Positions 45,310 through 55,246 of a stretch of DNA of 64,000 bases are shown piece by piece; position 1 is the first letter of the stretch; the number at the start of each line of letters is the position of its first letter. Source of the stretch: a virus. A program made the position numbers and the translations under genes. Location of the stretch: IMG/VR virus record IMGVR_UViG_3300045988_088152, positions 23,432 to 87,431 of that record. One strand, given 5' to 3'. A model generated the notes under the pieces. It was not told where the DNA came from. It ran no database searches and saw nothing but the letters and a program-made list of their open reading frames with translations.

Positions 45310-46699
45310 ATCATCTGGCACATCCAAGCCATATCTACATTTTATTGGTGGTAATGCCGCATCTGTAACAGGTTCATGCACGATTGTTCGATTCGACAAT
45401 ATTAAATTAGCTGTTGATATGGGTCTAATTCAGACAAATAATCTAGTAGCTGATTATCGCGCTAATCGTGATCAGATGAAGAAAATTAAGCCAAAGACAG
45501 TACATGGTGTTATTATATCACATTGCCATTACGATCATTGTATGGGTGTTCTTGCCGCTGTTGCCATGGGTATGCAAGCATATATCTATATCCCTCAAGG
45601 ATCAATCCCTATCCTCAAGATAATGATGGATGATTGTATTAAAATCATGGCACAGGATAGCTTAAAGATGCAGAACAAGCATGGTATCAAAGCACCGCCA
45701 TTGGCTACTGAGGCGGATATTGATAAGGTAATGCAATGGCTTGTCGAAGTGCCGTTTGACGTTCCTACAACCATTGTAGGCGGTGCAAAGCTAACATATT
45801 ATCATGCTGGTCATATTGTTCATTCGGCTCAAGCCGTGTTGGAAATCAAACAAGGGTATAGCATCAAGCGAATTGGCTTTACAGGCGATTTCAATACAGA
45901 GGCTAAGAGCGTATCTGTGCCACCAATCGAGACATTGCCAAGATGTAATGTAGTGGTTGGTGAATGCACATATAGTGACCCTACTAGATGCTATAGCACG
46001 AAGAAAGACCGATGGTATGATGAGCAGATTATCAATGCGGCTATATGCCAATATAACCGTATTTTGATGCCAGCTTTTAGCTTGCAGCGCGTAGAGGATA
46101 TTCTTGATGTTCTATGGCGCACACGAGCCACAGAGCGCAAGATTGATGAACAGATGATTCCTGTTTATCTTGATTCGCCGCTTGCTTGTCGTATTTATAG
46201 AGCATGGTCAGAGCAACTAGATTATGAAGATAAGCTCAACTTGCGGCTAATTGAATCATGGGAAGAAAGCCAAGTAATTCAGCAATCAAACGAACGAGCT
46301 ATTATAGTAGCTAGTAGTGGTATGCTCAATGCTGGACGGGCTTTGGCGCATCTCAAATATATCCTGCCTAATAGCCGTAATGCCGTGCTATTCTCTGGCT
46401 ATGCTAGTCCTAATACGCTTGCATATGAAATCAAGCATGGTGCAAAAGAAATCATGCTTGATGGTGAGATGATTCAAAACAATGCTCAGATATATTGCTT
46501 AAATACATTTTCGTCTCATGCTAATTATAACCAGCTAATGCAATATTACCAGAATATAGATTATGATAAATTGTGCTTAGTACATAGTGAATTTTCAAGC
46601 AAAGTGGAATTTGTTAATACTCTACAAGATGAGCTAATCAAACAAGGTAAATCAAGTAGAGTTGTATGTACTCAGCAAGATCAGAAGGTATTCATATGA
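45290..46699 (+). CDS. metallo-beta-lactamase fold hydrolase/nuclease
   Basis: SHCHYDHCMG is the HxHxDH motif. The 469-aa size is compatible with a beta-CASP type nuclease, but that is not verified. Confidence 0.75.
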   Translation: MVLMPAKSSGTSKPYLHFIGGNAASVTGSCTIVRFDNIKLAVDMGLIQTNNLVADYRANRDQMKKIKPKTVHGVIISHCHYDHCMGVLAAVAMGMQAYIYIPQGSIPILKIMMDDCIKIMAQDSLKMQNKHGIKAPPLATEADIDKVMQWLVEVPFDVPTTIVGGAKLTYYHAGHIVHSAQAVLEIKQGYSIKRIGFTGDFNTEAKSVSVPPIETLPRCNVVVGECTYSDPTRCYSTKKDRWYDEQIINAAICQYNRILMPAFSLQRVEDILDVLWRTRATERKIDEQMIPVYLDSPLACRIYRAWSEQLDYEDKLNLRLIESWEESQVIQQSNERAIIVASSGMLNAGRALAHLKYILPNSRNAVLFSGYASPNTLAYEIKHGAKEIMLDGEMIQNNAQIYCLNTFSSHANYNQLMQYYQNIDYDKLCLVHSEFSSKVEFVNTLQDELIKQGKSSRVVCTQQDQKVFI

Positions 46700-46899
46700 A
46701 TGATGAAGAAATTAGAACCGTCAAATCTCTACAAGATGGTGGCACATATATTGTTAGCTTCAAAGACGGTATAAAGAGTAAAGATGCCGAAGCGTGGATG
46801 AAGGTTTTGCGTCTTACTCTACTTGGACGAAATATTATATTGCTTCCTGAGTTCCCGCATTTATTTGAAATTGTTGGTGAATCAATAGAAAAAAATTAA
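46696..46899 (+). CDS. hypothetical protein
   Basis: ORF track frame; ATGA overlap with the upstream stop. Confidence 0.5.
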   Translation: MNDEEIRTVKSLQDGGTYIVSFKDGIKSKDAEAWMKVLRLTLLGRNIILLPEFPHLFEIVGESIEKN

Positions 46900-46909
46900 A
46901 TAAACCATC

Positions 46910-46938
46910 TTGACAACCGCTCCAATCTATGATATAAT
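46910..46938 (+). promoter_or_regulatory. sigma-A type promoter
   Basis: TTGACA-N17-TGaTATAAT. Confidence 0.7.
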
Positions 46939-46971
46939 CCAAGTATCAAATGAAAGGGGCGGTTGTTATTA

Positions 46972-47153
46972 TGGACGATAAATTCAAGTTACCAGCTCTT
47001 ACAGAAGAACAATGTAAGAATTTGTGGGACAGATTGCATAGCTATAAATGGTTTAATGATATGATAGATAGCATCATGCCTAAGCCGTCTACAGATTTCG
47101 ACCCTAACAATAGATTGGTAGATTTTAGAACTGACAAAAAAAGTAAGGAGTAA
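46972..47153 (+). CDS. hypothetical protein
   Basis: ORF track frame. Confidence 0.5.
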
Positions 47154-47260
47154 GTAATTATGGACACTGCGGCAAATAGAATCAGCCCAATTTATTTCAA
47201 GGCTGAAAATGGTGATGGGTGTGTATGTCCGGTGTATCATAAATAAGGAGGAATAAAAAG

Positions 47261-47584
47261 ATGGAATACAAAGTTGGCGACATCATCAAGCTCAAGAATG
47301 AAGCTGGTGTATTTCAGGTTGAACTAAAGCGGAAGATGGAAGCTATTGATGTTATTCGTGGAACAAATGATAAAGACCTGTTCTTTGAGGGATTCATGCG
47401 GCTTGAGGTTCATCAAAAAGATCGCTATCATTATGTAATCACAATGACAAGCCGTGAAGCGTCCGAGGAAGATGGCACAATTATTGTTTGTTTACTTAGC
47501 ACCATTGATGAAATAGTGGAATATTATCTCGGACAGATTGTTCAGTATGAAGAAAAAGAAGATGTATTCGAGTTGATGAAGTGA
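47261..47584 (+). CDS. hypothetical protein
   Basis: ORF track. Confidence 0.55.
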   Translation: MEYKVGDIIKLKNEAGVFQVELKRKMEAIDVIRGTNDKDLFFEGFMRLEVHQKDRYHYVITMTSREASEEDGTIIVCLLSTIDEIVEYYLGQIVQYEEKEDVFELMK

Positions 47585-50500
47585 TGAATGAGCCAATTTG
47601 GGTAAATTACCATAAGCATACATCTCTAAGCAATAAATGGTTAAAAGATAGTCCGCTCTTGCCAATAGATTATTGGAATGAGCTAAAATCACGCTATGGC
47701 GATAAGCCATGTATCTATACCACAGTAGAGCATGGATGGGCCGGTAATTATTTCAAGCAATATGATGACCTAGAAAAATTTAATAAGAAGAACGGTACGA
47801 ATATCAGATGGATATATGGTGCTGAAGCATACTGGGTAAAAGACAGACATGAGCCTGATAGAAGCAACTGCCATATTGTGCTATTGGCGCGAACTGATAA
47901 AGGGCGCAAAGCAATCAATAAAATTCTATCTATTGCAAACAAGGATGGATATTATGCGCGTCCTCGTATAGACCTTGAGCTGATTGTCCAGTTGCCAATA
48001 GATGATGTGATGATTACAACTGCTTGTATTGCGTTCTGGAATAAATATGATGACATTGGCGATATAGTTAGATGTTTGGTGCAGAAATTTCCTCATTTCT
48101 ATCTCGAGGTTCAAGCCCATAATACACCAGAACAGAAAGAACTAAATCGGCGCATCATCCAAATTAGTGAAGAATTGCTTGTGCCAATTATCGCTGGTTG
48201 TGATAGCCATGTTATCACTGAATCACAAATGCTTGATAGAGATGAATTGCTCAAATCAGGCAATATCCATTATGAAGATGAAGATGGATGGTATATGGAC
48301 TATCCAACATATGATGTGCTATTTGAGCGATTTAAGCAACAAGGCGTATTGACAGACGGTCAGATTAAAGCCGCTATCAATAATACTAATGTGTTGTTTG
48401 AATTTGAGGACATAAAGCTCGACCGCTCATTGAAAGTCCCTGTTATCAAAGAGCTGCGTAATAAGACACAAGAAGAACGCAACCATATCTTTGAGCAGAT
48501 TCTTAAAGATGAATGGTTCTTGCAAAAAGCCGATATTAACAAAGATAAGCTGCAACAGTATTATCAAGAGATCAAGCATGATATAGGTGAAATAGAGGCT
48601 TGTAATATGGCTGATTATTTCATCTTGTCCTATATGGTAATGAAGCGCGGACAAGAGAAATATGGCGGTATCTTGACTCCATCAGGGCGCGGCTCTGCTG
48701 TATCTATGTATCTCAATAAGCTCTTGAGGCTTACTAAGGTTGATAAGGTCAATAGTCCTGTCCTTATGTATTCAGAGCGATTCTTGACTAAAGAGCGCGT
48801 TTTAGATAGCCATACTCCGCCTGATATTGATAACAACGTCAGTGACCGTCAGCCATTCATTCAAGCACAGCGCGACCTAGTAGGCGAACTTGGCACATAT
48901 GACCTATTGGCTCTTGGTACGCTTAAATTCAAAGCCGCATGGAAAATGTATGCAAGAGCATATAATGTCGAGCCTGATACAGCTAATGAAGTAAGTAAGC
49001 AGATTGACCGATATGAAACAGCTAAGAAACACGCTGAAGATGGTGAAACAGTTGATATTCATAAATATATCGAGCCGAAATATCAAGAGCTTGTAGATGG
49101 ATGTAAGAAATATCTAGGTATTTATGATACTGCAAAGGGGCATCCCTGTGGTTGCTTGTGTTATGAGGGTGACATTGAATCTGATATTGGTATCAGTTTG
49201 TGTAAATCAGAAGCAACCGGCAAAGAGGTGCTTGTAGCCAATATTGAATCAGGTACGATTGATGCTTTTGGCTATCTAAAACAAGACTATCTTATTGTTG
49301 ATTCAATCGGTTTGACATATGATATTTATAAAGAGGCTGGAATCGAGCCGTTTACTGTCAACCAGCTTCTTGAAAAAATTGCACATGATGATGCAACATG
49401 GCAGATTTATGCTGATGGTTATACACAATGCGTCAATCAGTGCGAACAGCCAAAGTCAACCCAAAAAGTAATGCGATATAAACCAAAGAATATTGCTGAG
49501 TTGACCCAGTTCATAGCTGCAATCAGGCCGTCTTTTCAATCTATGTATCAGACGTTTGAACAACGGCAGCATTTTGATTATGGCATCAAGGCGCTTGACG
49601 ATTTGCTTCAAGATGAATACTGCTCATCATCATTCATTCTATATCAAGAATCTCTAATGAAAGTCCTTGGATTTGCTGGCTTCCCTATGTCTGAGACATA
49701 TACTATTATCAAGGCAATCAGTAAGAAAAAGGATTATATTATCAAGGACACAAAGCCTAAATTTATCAAGAATTTTGCTCAAGCCATTCTTGATACTGGC
49801 GAAACGGATGATGATAACAAGGCACATGAGCTTGCTGATAAAGTATGGACAATCATTGAGAATAGCGCCGCATATGGCTTCAATTCAGCCCATGCTTATT
49901 GTATGGCTATTGATAGCGTAACGATTGCTTATCTCAAAGCACATTACCCACTTGAATTTTATAAGTGCGTTCTTCAACGATTTACTGATAAGGGCGAAAA
50001 AGACAAGGTTGCACTCATTAAACAAGAGATGTTAAAGCGCGGCTACAAGCTAAAAGATATTCAATTTGGTGACGATAATCGAGCGTTCAATATAGATCGT
50101 GCTAACAACTGTATAGTACAGACTATGGCATCTATTAAAGATATGCCTAAGAGTACACCAGAGGCACTATATGAGCTTGGAAAGTCTAATATAAAGAATC
50201 GTGCCGCTCTATATCAAGCCCTTATGGATGACCCCAGAATCAATAAGAAAGCCATTGAAATCCTATTCCGTCTTGGATATTTTAATAAATTTGCTCAACC
50301 AAATCGGCTCATTGCTGAATATGAGATTTATCAAAAATATATTTCAGCAAAGGTATTGACAAAATCATCATTTGATGATATAATGATAGATGCGATTAGA
50401 CCGTGTTGTGGCAAAGAAACCGAGAAGCAATTTAGAGAGATTGACAATAAAGCATTGATAACGGCTTTAATCAAGCAAGCCAATATCAAACCAACGACTA

Positions 50501-50829
50501 TTGTTGACCGTATTAAATGGCAACTTGAGTATCTAGGATATTGCACAATAAATGACCCCAATTCAGACCCTAATGATTGGCTAGTGCTAGATGTCAAAAC
50601 AACAGGATATGGTACGGCTTATATCACCGGTTACAATCTGTGCTATGGAGCAGAACGCACATATAGAGCTAATAAAAAATTCTGGACGAATCATCAATTA
50701 TCAAAAGGTGATGTAGCAAGGGTGGTATTGCAAGAGAAAAATAAAATGAAAAAGGATGAAAATGGTGAATGGGTGACGCTGAACGAAAAAATTGTGGAGA
50801 TGAAATGTTGGAAGAAATTGGAGGCGTAA
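47581..50829 (+). CDS. dnaE: DNA polymerase III alpha (DnaE-type) replicative polymerase
   Basis: 1082 aa with an N-terminal PHP-like YHKHTSLSN. YGFNSAHAYCMAIDSVTIAYLKAHYPLEFY matches the conserved FNKSHxxAY...LKxxYPxEF block. Confidence 0.9.
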   Translation: MMNEPIWVNYHKHTSLSNKWLKDSPLLPIDYWNELKSRYGDKPCIYTTVEHGWAGNYFKQYDDLEKFNKKNGTNIRWIYGAEAYWVKDRHEPDRSNCHIVLLARTDKGRKAINKILSIANKDGYYARPRIDLELIVQLPIDDVMITTACIAFWNKYDDIGDIVRCLVQKFPHFYLEVQAHNTPEQKELNRRIIQISEELLVPIIAGCDSHVITESQMLDRDELLKSGNIHYEDEDGWYMDYPTYDVLFERFKQQGVLTDGQIKAAINNTNVLFEFEDIKLDRSLKVPVIKELRNKTQEERNHIFEQILKDEWFLQKADINKDKLQQYYQEIKHDIGEIEACNMADYFILSYMVMKRGQEKYGGILTPSGRGSAVSMYLNKLLRLTKVDKVNSPVLMYSERFLTKERVLDSHTPPDIDNNVSDRQPFIQAQRDLVGELGTYDLLALGTLKFKAAWKMYARAYNVEPDTANEVSKQIDRYETAKKHAEDGETVDIHKYIEPKYQELVDGCKKYLGIYDTAKGHPCGCLCYEGDIESDIGISLCKSEATGKEVLVANIESGTIDAFGYLKQDYLIVDSIGLTYDIYKEAGIEPFTVNQLLEKIAHDDATWQIYADGYTQCVNQCEQPKSTQKVMRYKPKNIAELTQFIAAIRPSFQSMYQTFEQRQHFDYGIKALDDLLQDEYCSSSFILYQESLMKVLGFAGFPMSETYTIIKAISKKKDYIIKDTKPKFIKNFAQAILDTGETDDDNKAHELADKVWTIIENSAAYGFNSAHAYCMAIDSVTIAYLKAHYPLEFYKCVLQRFTDKGEKDKVALIKQEMLKRGYKLKDIQFGDDNRAFNIDRANNCIVQTMASIKDMPKSTPEALYELGKSNIKNRAALYQALMDDPRINKKAIEILFRLGYFNKFAQPNRLIAEYEIYQKYISAKVLTKSSFDDIMIDAIRPCCGKETEKQFREIDNKALITALIKQANIKPTTIVDRIKWQLEYLGYCTINDPNSDPNDWLVLDVKTTGYGTAYITGYNLCYGAERTYRANKKFWTNHQLSKGDVARVVLQEKNKMKKDENGEWVTLNEKIVEMKCWKKLEA

Positions 50830-50832
50830 ATA

Positions 50833-51075
50833 ATGGATACTATTGAATTTTTGAGAGCAAGAAGGAAATTGTGTGATGATAATGTTTGCGGAGAGAGTTG
50901 CCCTCTATTTTGGTGCTGTGATGATGATATCGAAGATAACCGCATCAGACAAGTATTGGCTGTAGAACAATGGGCAAAAGAACATCCTGTCAAAACAAGA
51001 CAGAGTGAATTTTTGAAGCAATATCTTGATGCTGAGATTAGTGATGATGGATTGCCAACTCTTGCGCCATGTTAG
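50833..51075 (+). CDS. hypothetical Cys-rich protein
   Basis: ORF track. Confidence 0.5.
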   Translation: MDTIEFLRARRKLCDDNVCGESCPLFWCCDDDIEDNRIRQVLAVEQWAKEHPVKTRQSEFLKQYLDAEISDDGLPTLAPC

Positions 51076-51197
51076 CTGTATGTTGGATTGATTCATGGTG
51101 AATCTCAGATAGATTGCGAAGATAGAGGAGTGTGTGATAAGTGCCGCCATGATTTTTGGCTAAAAGAAATTGAATGAGAATAAGGAGGATTAAGTAA

Positions 51198-51398
51198 ATG
51201 TTTGGATTGATTTCAAAGAAGAAATTTATTAACGCTATTGAAACTCTGTTGAGAGATAGTGCAGATAATAATAAAGCAACTGACAAGAATGATATGTATT
51301 GGCGGTTTGGTAATGCTAATGCTGTGAATTATATCTGCCACAAAGTTGGTATTGATTCCACAGCACTTGAAAAGAAGATTAAAAAGGAGGCAATTTAA
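51198..51398 (+). CDS. hypothetical protein
   Basis: ORF track. Confidence 0.5.
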   Translation: MFGLISKKKFINAIETLLRDSADNNKATDKNDMYWRFGNANAVNYICHKVGIDSTALEKKIKKEAI

Positions 51399-52066
51399 TT
51401 GGGGTAGCAGTTCTTATTTTAGGTGAAAGTGGCTCTGGTAAATCAGCGTCACTTAGAAATTTCAAGCAAGAGGATGTTGGTATCCTGAATGTAGCATCTA
51501 AGCCGTTGCCGTTCAGAAATGTAAATAAGCTACAGAGTATGAATAAGGCAACATATGCCAGTATCAAAGGCGCGGTATGTAGCGGAAAGAAACTAAGTTG
51601 GGTCGTAGATGATGCTCAGTATCTTATGGCATTTGAGAGCTTTGATAAGGTAAATGAAGTCGGGTATGGAAAGTTCACTACGATGGCTAAGAACTATGAA
51701 GATATGTTACGTGTCGTTCAGGAAGATACCAGTCCTGACACGATTGTATATATTATGCAGCATATTGATACTGATGAAAATGGTAAGGTAAAGGCTAAGA
51801 CGCTTGGTAAGATGCTAGACCAGCAGCTTACAGTAGAAGGGCTGTTTAGTATTGTCCTGCTATGTAAAGCAGACGAGCGCAAGCATTATTTTATCACACA
51901 GTCTGATGGATCGAATCCATGCAAGTCTCCAATGGGTATGTTTGATTCTCTTGAGATTGATAATGACCTCAAGATGGTTGATGATACAATCAGAGAATAT
52001 TATGGGCTAAGAAAGACAAGTGCGCCCAAGACTAAATCTACTACTCCAGCTAAAAAAGCTGAGTAA
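51398..52066 (+). CDS. Sak4-like (AAA_24) P-loop ATPase, probable ATT start
   Basis: The frame is open from 51383. GVAVLILGESGSGKS (Walker A) lies upstream of the ORF-track start at 51506. No ATG, GTG or TTG is available. An ATT at 51398 sits 7 nt after AAGGAGG. Confidence 0.6.
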   Translation: MGVAVLILGESGSGKSASLRNFKQEDVGILNVASKPLPFRNVNKLQSMNKATYASIKGAVCSGKKLSWVVDDAQYLMAFESFDKVNEVGYGKFTTMAKNYEDMLRVVQEDTSPDTIVYIMQHIDTDENGKVKAKTLGKMLDQQLTVEGLFSIVLLCKADERKHYFITQSDGSNPCKSPMGMFDSLEIDNDLKMVDDTIREYYGLRKTSAPKTKSTTPAKKAE

Positions 52067-52104
52067 AATATAAAATTCATTAAATTTCAGAAAGGTAAAT
52101 AATT

Positions 52105-52734
52105 ATGAAGAAAGTTGATCTAAGCAAGGTTAAGGAAGCAGGAAGCGGCAGTTATAAGAGACTGCCAGTCGGAGGCTACGTCCTTCGAATTTTGAAGGTT
52201 GTCGATGTACCTGAATATAACCGGCTCGATTTCTACTATGACATCGCAGAAGGTGAATACAAGGATTATTATAATGAGCGTTATAAGGCAAACACAAACG
52301 AGAATAAGAAGTGGGGCGGCAGATTCTCTAAGTCTTATGATACAAATAATGAACGCGCCCTTCCGTTCTTTAAGCAGTTTGTGACCGCTGTTCAGAATAG
52401 CAACAAGGGATTTGTTTGGGACGAGGAGCATGAACAGCAGTTTGTGAAGAAGCTGGTTGGCGCAACATTCCGCGAGGAGGAATTTGTAGGACAGAATGGC
52501 AAGGTCGCTGTTAGCTGTAAACCAGATATGTTCCATAGTGTAGACAAGATTCGTAGTGGCGATTTCACAATCAGAGAGATTAAGAGACTAACCACCACTA
52601 AGACAACAACCGCTCCTGCTAATGACCCTATCCCTGATTTTGGCGATGTGTTCAATACTACACCTACTGATACGCCTACTCCTGCTGAATCAGAAAATCC
52701 TTGGGATGATTCCGACGAGAATCCATTTGGCTAA
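52105..52734 (+). CDS. DUF669-like putative ssDNA-binding protein with acidic C-terminal tail
   Basis: It lies directly downstream of the Sak4-like ATPase, a common phage pairing. The C-terminus PWDDSDENPFG resembles SSB acidic tips. Confidence 0.45.
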   Translation: MKKVDLSKVKEAGSGSYKRLPVGGYVLRILKVVDVPEYNRLDFYYDIAEGEYKDYYNERYKANTNENKKWGGRFSKSYDTNNERALPFFKQFVTAVQNSNKGFVWDEEHEQQFVKKLVGATFREEEFVGQNGKVAVSCKPDMFHSVDKIRSGDFTIREIKRLTTTKTTTAPANDPIPDFGDVFNTTPTDTPTPAESENPWDDSDENPFG

Positions 52735-52749
52735 TCTATAAAAAATATT

Positions 52750-52779
52750 AAAGGCGGGGCTTGACAATCCCGCCTTTTT
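52750..52779 (+). terminator. intrinsic terminator whose loop contains the next -35
   Basis: AAAGGCGGG-GCTTGACAAT-CCCGCCTTTTT. Confidence 0.7.
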
Positions 52780-52789
52780 ATTATATAAT
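52761..52789 (+). promoter_or_regulatory. sigma-A type promoter
   Basis: TTGACA-N17-TATAAT. Confidence 0.6.
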
Positions 52790-52809
52790 ATCTGTGAGGT
52801 GATAAAAAT

Positions 52810-53241
52810 ATGAATACAGATGTAATGTTCTCAAGCGCAACAGATAATTGGTCAACGCCGCAAGATTTTTTCGATAAACTAAATGATGAATTTCATTTCA
52901 CATTAGATGTATGTGCTGATGAAAACAATCATAAGTGTGAACACTATTACACTAAAGAGATTGATGGATTGATCCGCCCTTGGATTGGAACTGTATGGTG
53001 CAATCCTCCGTATGGGCGTAGAATTGGTGAGTGGGTGCGACGCGCTTATATTTCAGCGCAAATTGGTTCTGCTACTGTAGTGATGTTGTTACCGGCTAGA
53101 ACTGATACACGCTGGTTCCATGATTATATTTATAATAAGCTAAATACAGAGATTCGTTTTATTAAAGGAAGGCTCAAATTTGGTGGATGTAAAAATTCAG
53201 CCCCATTTCCATCCATGGTTGTAATTTTTAGATCGAAGTGA
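52810..53241 (+). CDS. dam: DNA N6-adenine methyltransferase (phage Dam, PF05869-like)
   Basis: WSTPQDFFDKLNDEFHFTLDVCA...WCNPPYGRRIGEWV...LLPARTDTRWFH...RFIKGRLKF follows the family pattern. Confidence 0.85.
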   Translation: MNTDVMFSSATDNWSTPQDFFDKLNDEFHFTLDVCADENNHKCEHYYTKEIDGLIRPWIGTVWCNPPYGRRIGEWVRRAYISAQIGSATVVMLLPARTDTRWFHDYIYNKLNTEIRFIKGRLKFGGCKNSAPFPSMVVIFRSK

Positions 53242-53262
53242 TGGCAAAGTAGGTGATGATGC

Positions 53263-53892
53263 TTGAATAGATTTCTATGTGTAGCTCAACTACAAGAGCT
53301 GCGAATCGACTTATATCAGACCCATATGAAAGCTAAATTCAGCGTCATCACCAATAATCAATGCCTCACCATGAGCCAAACATTAAGCCGCAAATGGAAT
53401 GAGGCGCAAATCAAATCATGGCTCAATATGGCGCAATATATCCATCCACGAATAGACAGCTATATATATGTCAAAAATAAACATTATTATACAATGAAAA
53501 AATCTGATATACCTACTAGGCTATTGGTATCAGGCAATATCAATGAATGGAAAAAATCATTGTATTATAATGTACAATATTGCCGTATAGTTGAAGATAA
53601 TGCGGCTGATAGTATGAACACAGAAATGGATGGGCAATGGCTGGATTCGAGCCGGTTCTTGAACATATGCGGCGATTCGCCTAGGGTGTTTACTATCAAG
53701 CGTCCTAACGGCTGTGAAGGCTGTATATGCCGATTGCGGCTTAAATACGATGCTGGATATAGCATAGAGCAAAATCGGGTTATAACGCATCCTAACGGTC
53801 TTAGAGTGGTTGATTGTAAAAGAACAGATGCGTCTATGAACCAAGAAGAAATTGATAAGTGGATGTTAGAATATGAGATAATTTCCTCTTGA
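53263..53892 (+). CDS. hypothetical protein
   Basis: ORF track. Its stop TGA lies inside the next -35. Confidence 0.5.
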   Translation: MNRFLCVAQLQELRIDLYQTHMKAKFSVITNNQCLTMSQTLSRKWNEAQIKSWLNMAQYIHPRIDSYIYVKNKHYYTMKKSDIPTRLLVSGNINEWKKSLYYNVQYCRIVEDNAADSMNTEMDGQWLDSSRFLNICGDSPRVFTIKRPNGCEGCICRLRLKYDAGYSIEQNRVITHPNGLRVVDCKRTDASMNQEEIDKWMLEYEIISS

Positions 53893-53917
53893 CAAATCAA
53901 TCAATATATGCTATACT
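53889..53917 (+). promoter_or_regulatory. sigma-A type promoter (TATACT -10)
   Basis: TTGACAAAT-N14-TGcTATACT. Confidence 0.65.
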
Positions 53918-53941
53918 TGGATTATCAAAGAGATGGAGGTA

Positions 53942-54094
53942 ATGACAATGAAATGGGAAGCGTGGTATTATGACTATATCAATGGCAATAAGAAAACGTA
54001 CATTTACGTTGAAGCCGATTCTTTTGATGAAGCGATTGCTAAAGCTCGTCGTATTGACCTTAGAGTAAACGCGGCAAGAGTGGTCAGCGAATGA
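53942..54094 (+). CDS. hypothetical 50-aa protein
   Basis: My own reading; GATGGAGG RBS; ATGA overlap with the next gene. Confidence 0.45.
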   Translation: MTMKWEAWYYDYINGNKKTYIYVEADSFDEAIAKARRIDLRVNAARVVSE

Positions 54095-54573
54095 GCAAGC
54101 CACCTACAATTAAATGCCGCCAATGCGGTAAATCAACGCCAAAACAAGATGCAATCGAATATAAACCTAAATTCTATTTCTGCTGCGAGCAATGTAAGCA
54201 GGATTATATCAATGCTCGTATCGTTAAGCCAAAGCCAGAATCAAAAGATGATAGGCGCAAATTACTAGATTATATACGCCAAGTAGCGCCTAATGCCAAT
54301 ATGCGACTTGTAGGCATCCAGCTTACTCAGTTGATGAAAGATAATCCTGATATGACATATGGCGGCATTGCTTATACTATCAGATATATCCATAAAGAGC
54401 AAGGATTGGATATATCTCAATCACCACTTGGACTGGTCAAGTATAAATATGATGAATGCAAAAAATATTATGCTTGGCTAAATCAGGTAAAGCAGAATAT
54501 ACAGCAATGGCAAGCTGAAGATGGGGTTAATGTGATTATTAAAAAGAATGATGAGGAGGATGTGTTTGGATGA
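54091..54573 (+). CDS. hypothetical Zn-ribbon protein
   Basis: ORF track; CRQCGK...CCEQC. Confidence 0.55.
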   Translation: MSKPPTIKCRQCGKSTPKQDAIEYKPKFYFCCEQCKQDYINARIVKPKPESKDDRRKLLDYIRQVAPNANMRLVGIQLTQLMKDNPDMTYGGIAYTIRYIHKEQGLDISQSPLGLVKYKYDECKKYYAWLNQVKQNIQQWQAEDGVNVIIKKNDEEDVFG

Positions 54574-54788
54574 TTTTAATTGAATACTATCCGGGATATG
54601 ATATTGGCTATGACGCTACTAAGATGTATGTCGATATTTCAAGTATTCGATATATTACTCATGAAACTGTCGGAGGACATAAGTATCTCGTTATTGGAAT
54701 TAACGGAGAATCTTTTACTCTAACAGATGAGAGTGGTAAGGATTTATTGGGTATAATGGGCTTATCTAAAGAGGATTTAATTAGATGA
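54570..54788 (+). CDS. hypothetical protein
   Basis: ORF track. Confidence 0.5.
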   Translation: MILIEYYPGYDIGYDATKMYVDISSIRYITHETVGGHKYLVIGINGESFTLTDESGKDLLGIMGLSKEDLIR

Positions 54789-55045
54789 AACATAAAATGA
54801 TTGGATGTTCTGAAGAATGCCTGAGATTGGCTTGTTGTGATTTCTGCATTTATGTCGCTCGTGAGCCGGTGTATGATGAAGCTGGTCTTATTGTTGATAC
54901 CGAACCATCTGGATGTAGATTACATGACGATGAGCGTCATCAAGACATCGCTGAAAGTTGTGGTCATTGCCCTGATTTCCATTGTTTTAGAGCACATGAA
55001 GATAATATGATTGTCAAGGTGATTGATGATGATGAAATGGTATAA
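54785..55045 (+). CDS. hypothetical Cys-rich protein
   Basis: ORF track. Confidence 0.5.
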   Translation: MKHKMIGCSEECLRLACCDFCIYVAREPVYDEAGLIVDTEPSGCRLHDDERHQDIAESCGHCPDFHCFRAHEDNMIVKVIDDDEMV

Positions 55046-55244
55046 AGTAAGTGAAGAATTGCCCCCAATTAACAAACCTGTGTTTGTTGCGATGCCGAAT
55101 TATTATGACCAATACAACGAGAATTTTGTTTATATTATGGAATATAGCGAAAATGGATGTTGGAAATATTATGACGGTGAAATAGAATATGTTGGTGCAT
55201 CAGATCTTGACCGTTGGGCATATATTGAATTGCCGGAGGATTGA
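55023..55244 (+). CDS. hypothetical protein
   Basis: ORF track. Confidence 0.5.
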   Translation: MMMMKWYKVSEELPPINKPVFVAMPNYYDQYNENFVYIMEYSENGCWKYYDGEIEYVGASDLDRWAYIELPED

Positions 55245-55246
55245 CG

